Source: Kudoa neothunni (Eukaryota; Animalia; Cnidaria). Taken from it: DNA of 64,000 bases. The translations under genes and the position numbers were made by a program. The stretch is from positions 7,102,336-7,166,335 of the forward strand of contig OZ199840.1 of assembly GCA_964304625.1 (NCBI GenBank), given 5' to 3'. Shown here in pieces: positions 63,101 through 64,000 of the stretch; the stretch's first letter is position 1; each line of letters starts with the position of its first letter. The notes under the pieces are model-generated. The model was not told the DNA's origin. It searched no databases and saw only the letters and a program-made list of their open reading frames with translations.

Positions 63101-64000
63101 CCTGTGACAAACAAGAATCAGCAATTAATTAATGATCATATTCGTATAAAATTTCCTAGTAGTACTATTTTTAATTAAGGTTGCTATGGTTGTTGAACAG
63201 CCTGTGACAAACAAGAATCAGCAATTAATTAATGATCATATTCGTATAAAATTTCCTAGTAGTACTATTTTTAATTAAGGTTGCTATGGTTGTTGAACAG
63301 CCTGTGACAAACAAGAATATCCAATTAATTAATACAGCGAATTCAATAAAATATCCATAGTAGTACTATTTTTAATTAAGGTTGCTATGGTTGTTGAACA
63401 ACCGGTGTCTAACAAGAATCAGCAATTAATTAATGATCATGTTCGTATAAAATTTCCTAGTAGTACTATTTTTAATTAAGGTTGCTATGGTTGTTGAACA
63501 GCCTGTGACAAACAAGAATATCCAATTAATTAATACAGCGAATTCAATAAAATATCCATAGTAGTACTATTTTTAATGAAGGTTGCTATGGTTGTTGAAC
63601 AACCGGTGTCTAACAAGAATATCCAATTAATTAATACAGCGAATTCAATAAAATATCCATAGTAGTACTATTTTTAATTAAGGTTGCTATGGTTGTTGAA
63701 CAACCGGTGTCTAACAAGAATCAGCAATTAATTAATGATCATGTTCGTATAAAATTTCCTAGTAGTACTATTTTTAATTAAGGTTGCTATGGTTGTTGAA
63801 CAACCGGTGTCTAACAAGAATCAGCAATTAATTAATACAGCGAATTCAATAAAATATCCATAGTAGTACTATTTTTAATGAAGGTTGCTATGGTTGTTGA
63901 ACAGCCTGTGACAAACAAGAATATCCAATTAATTAATACAGCGAATTCAATAAAATTTCCTAGTAGTACTATTTTTAATTAAGGTTGCTATGGTTGTTGA
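57184..64000. repeat. Tandem array of about 68 monomers of 100/101 bp, two recombined haplotypes; runs off the window end
   Basis: Near-invariant core TAGTAGTACTATTTTTAATTAAGGTTGCTATGGTTGTTGAACA. Alternative blocks are GCCTGTGACA/ACCGGTGTCT, TATCC/TCAGC, ACAGCGAATTCA/GATCAT(A/G)TTC(G/C)T and TATCCA/TTTCC. Confidence 0.98.

Noticed and set aside
57184-64000. CRISPR array (constant core alternating with variable segments)
   Set aside because: The variable segments are a few homologous alleles reused many times, not unique spacers. There are no cas genes and the context is eukaryotic.

Overview
AT-rich eukaryotic nuclear DNA with about 40-nt spliceosomal introns and extremely divergent housekeeping proteins. 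This would fit a fast-evolving parasitic metazoan such as a myxozoan, but the taxon is my inference only. Three host genes are recognisable: a head-to-head EIF1AD / DNAJC9 pair (22.1-23.9 kb) and a very divergent EIF3E (36.5-38.4 kb). Most of the first 56 kb is nested, largely decayed transposons: piggyBac, pogo/Tigger, IS630/Tc1, several hAT lineages, Merlin (IS1595/ISXO2-like), Mutator, BEL/Pao and Gypsy, plus MITEs. Many of these have TIRs and TSDs that can be read directly, and several transposase genes carry host-sized mini-introns. From about 57,184 to the window end is a tandem array of about 68 monomers of 100/101 bp. The monomers are recombined mosaics of two haplotypes with dimer and 8-mer higher-order structure. 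Each monomer contains an ATG-initiated 24- or 30-codon ORF, and the variants differ mostly by synonymous, conservative or codon-aligned changes. This is the most unusual feature and may be a tandem micro-peptide or micro-exon array rather than plain satellite. All family calls come from motif recognition by eye; no searches were run.
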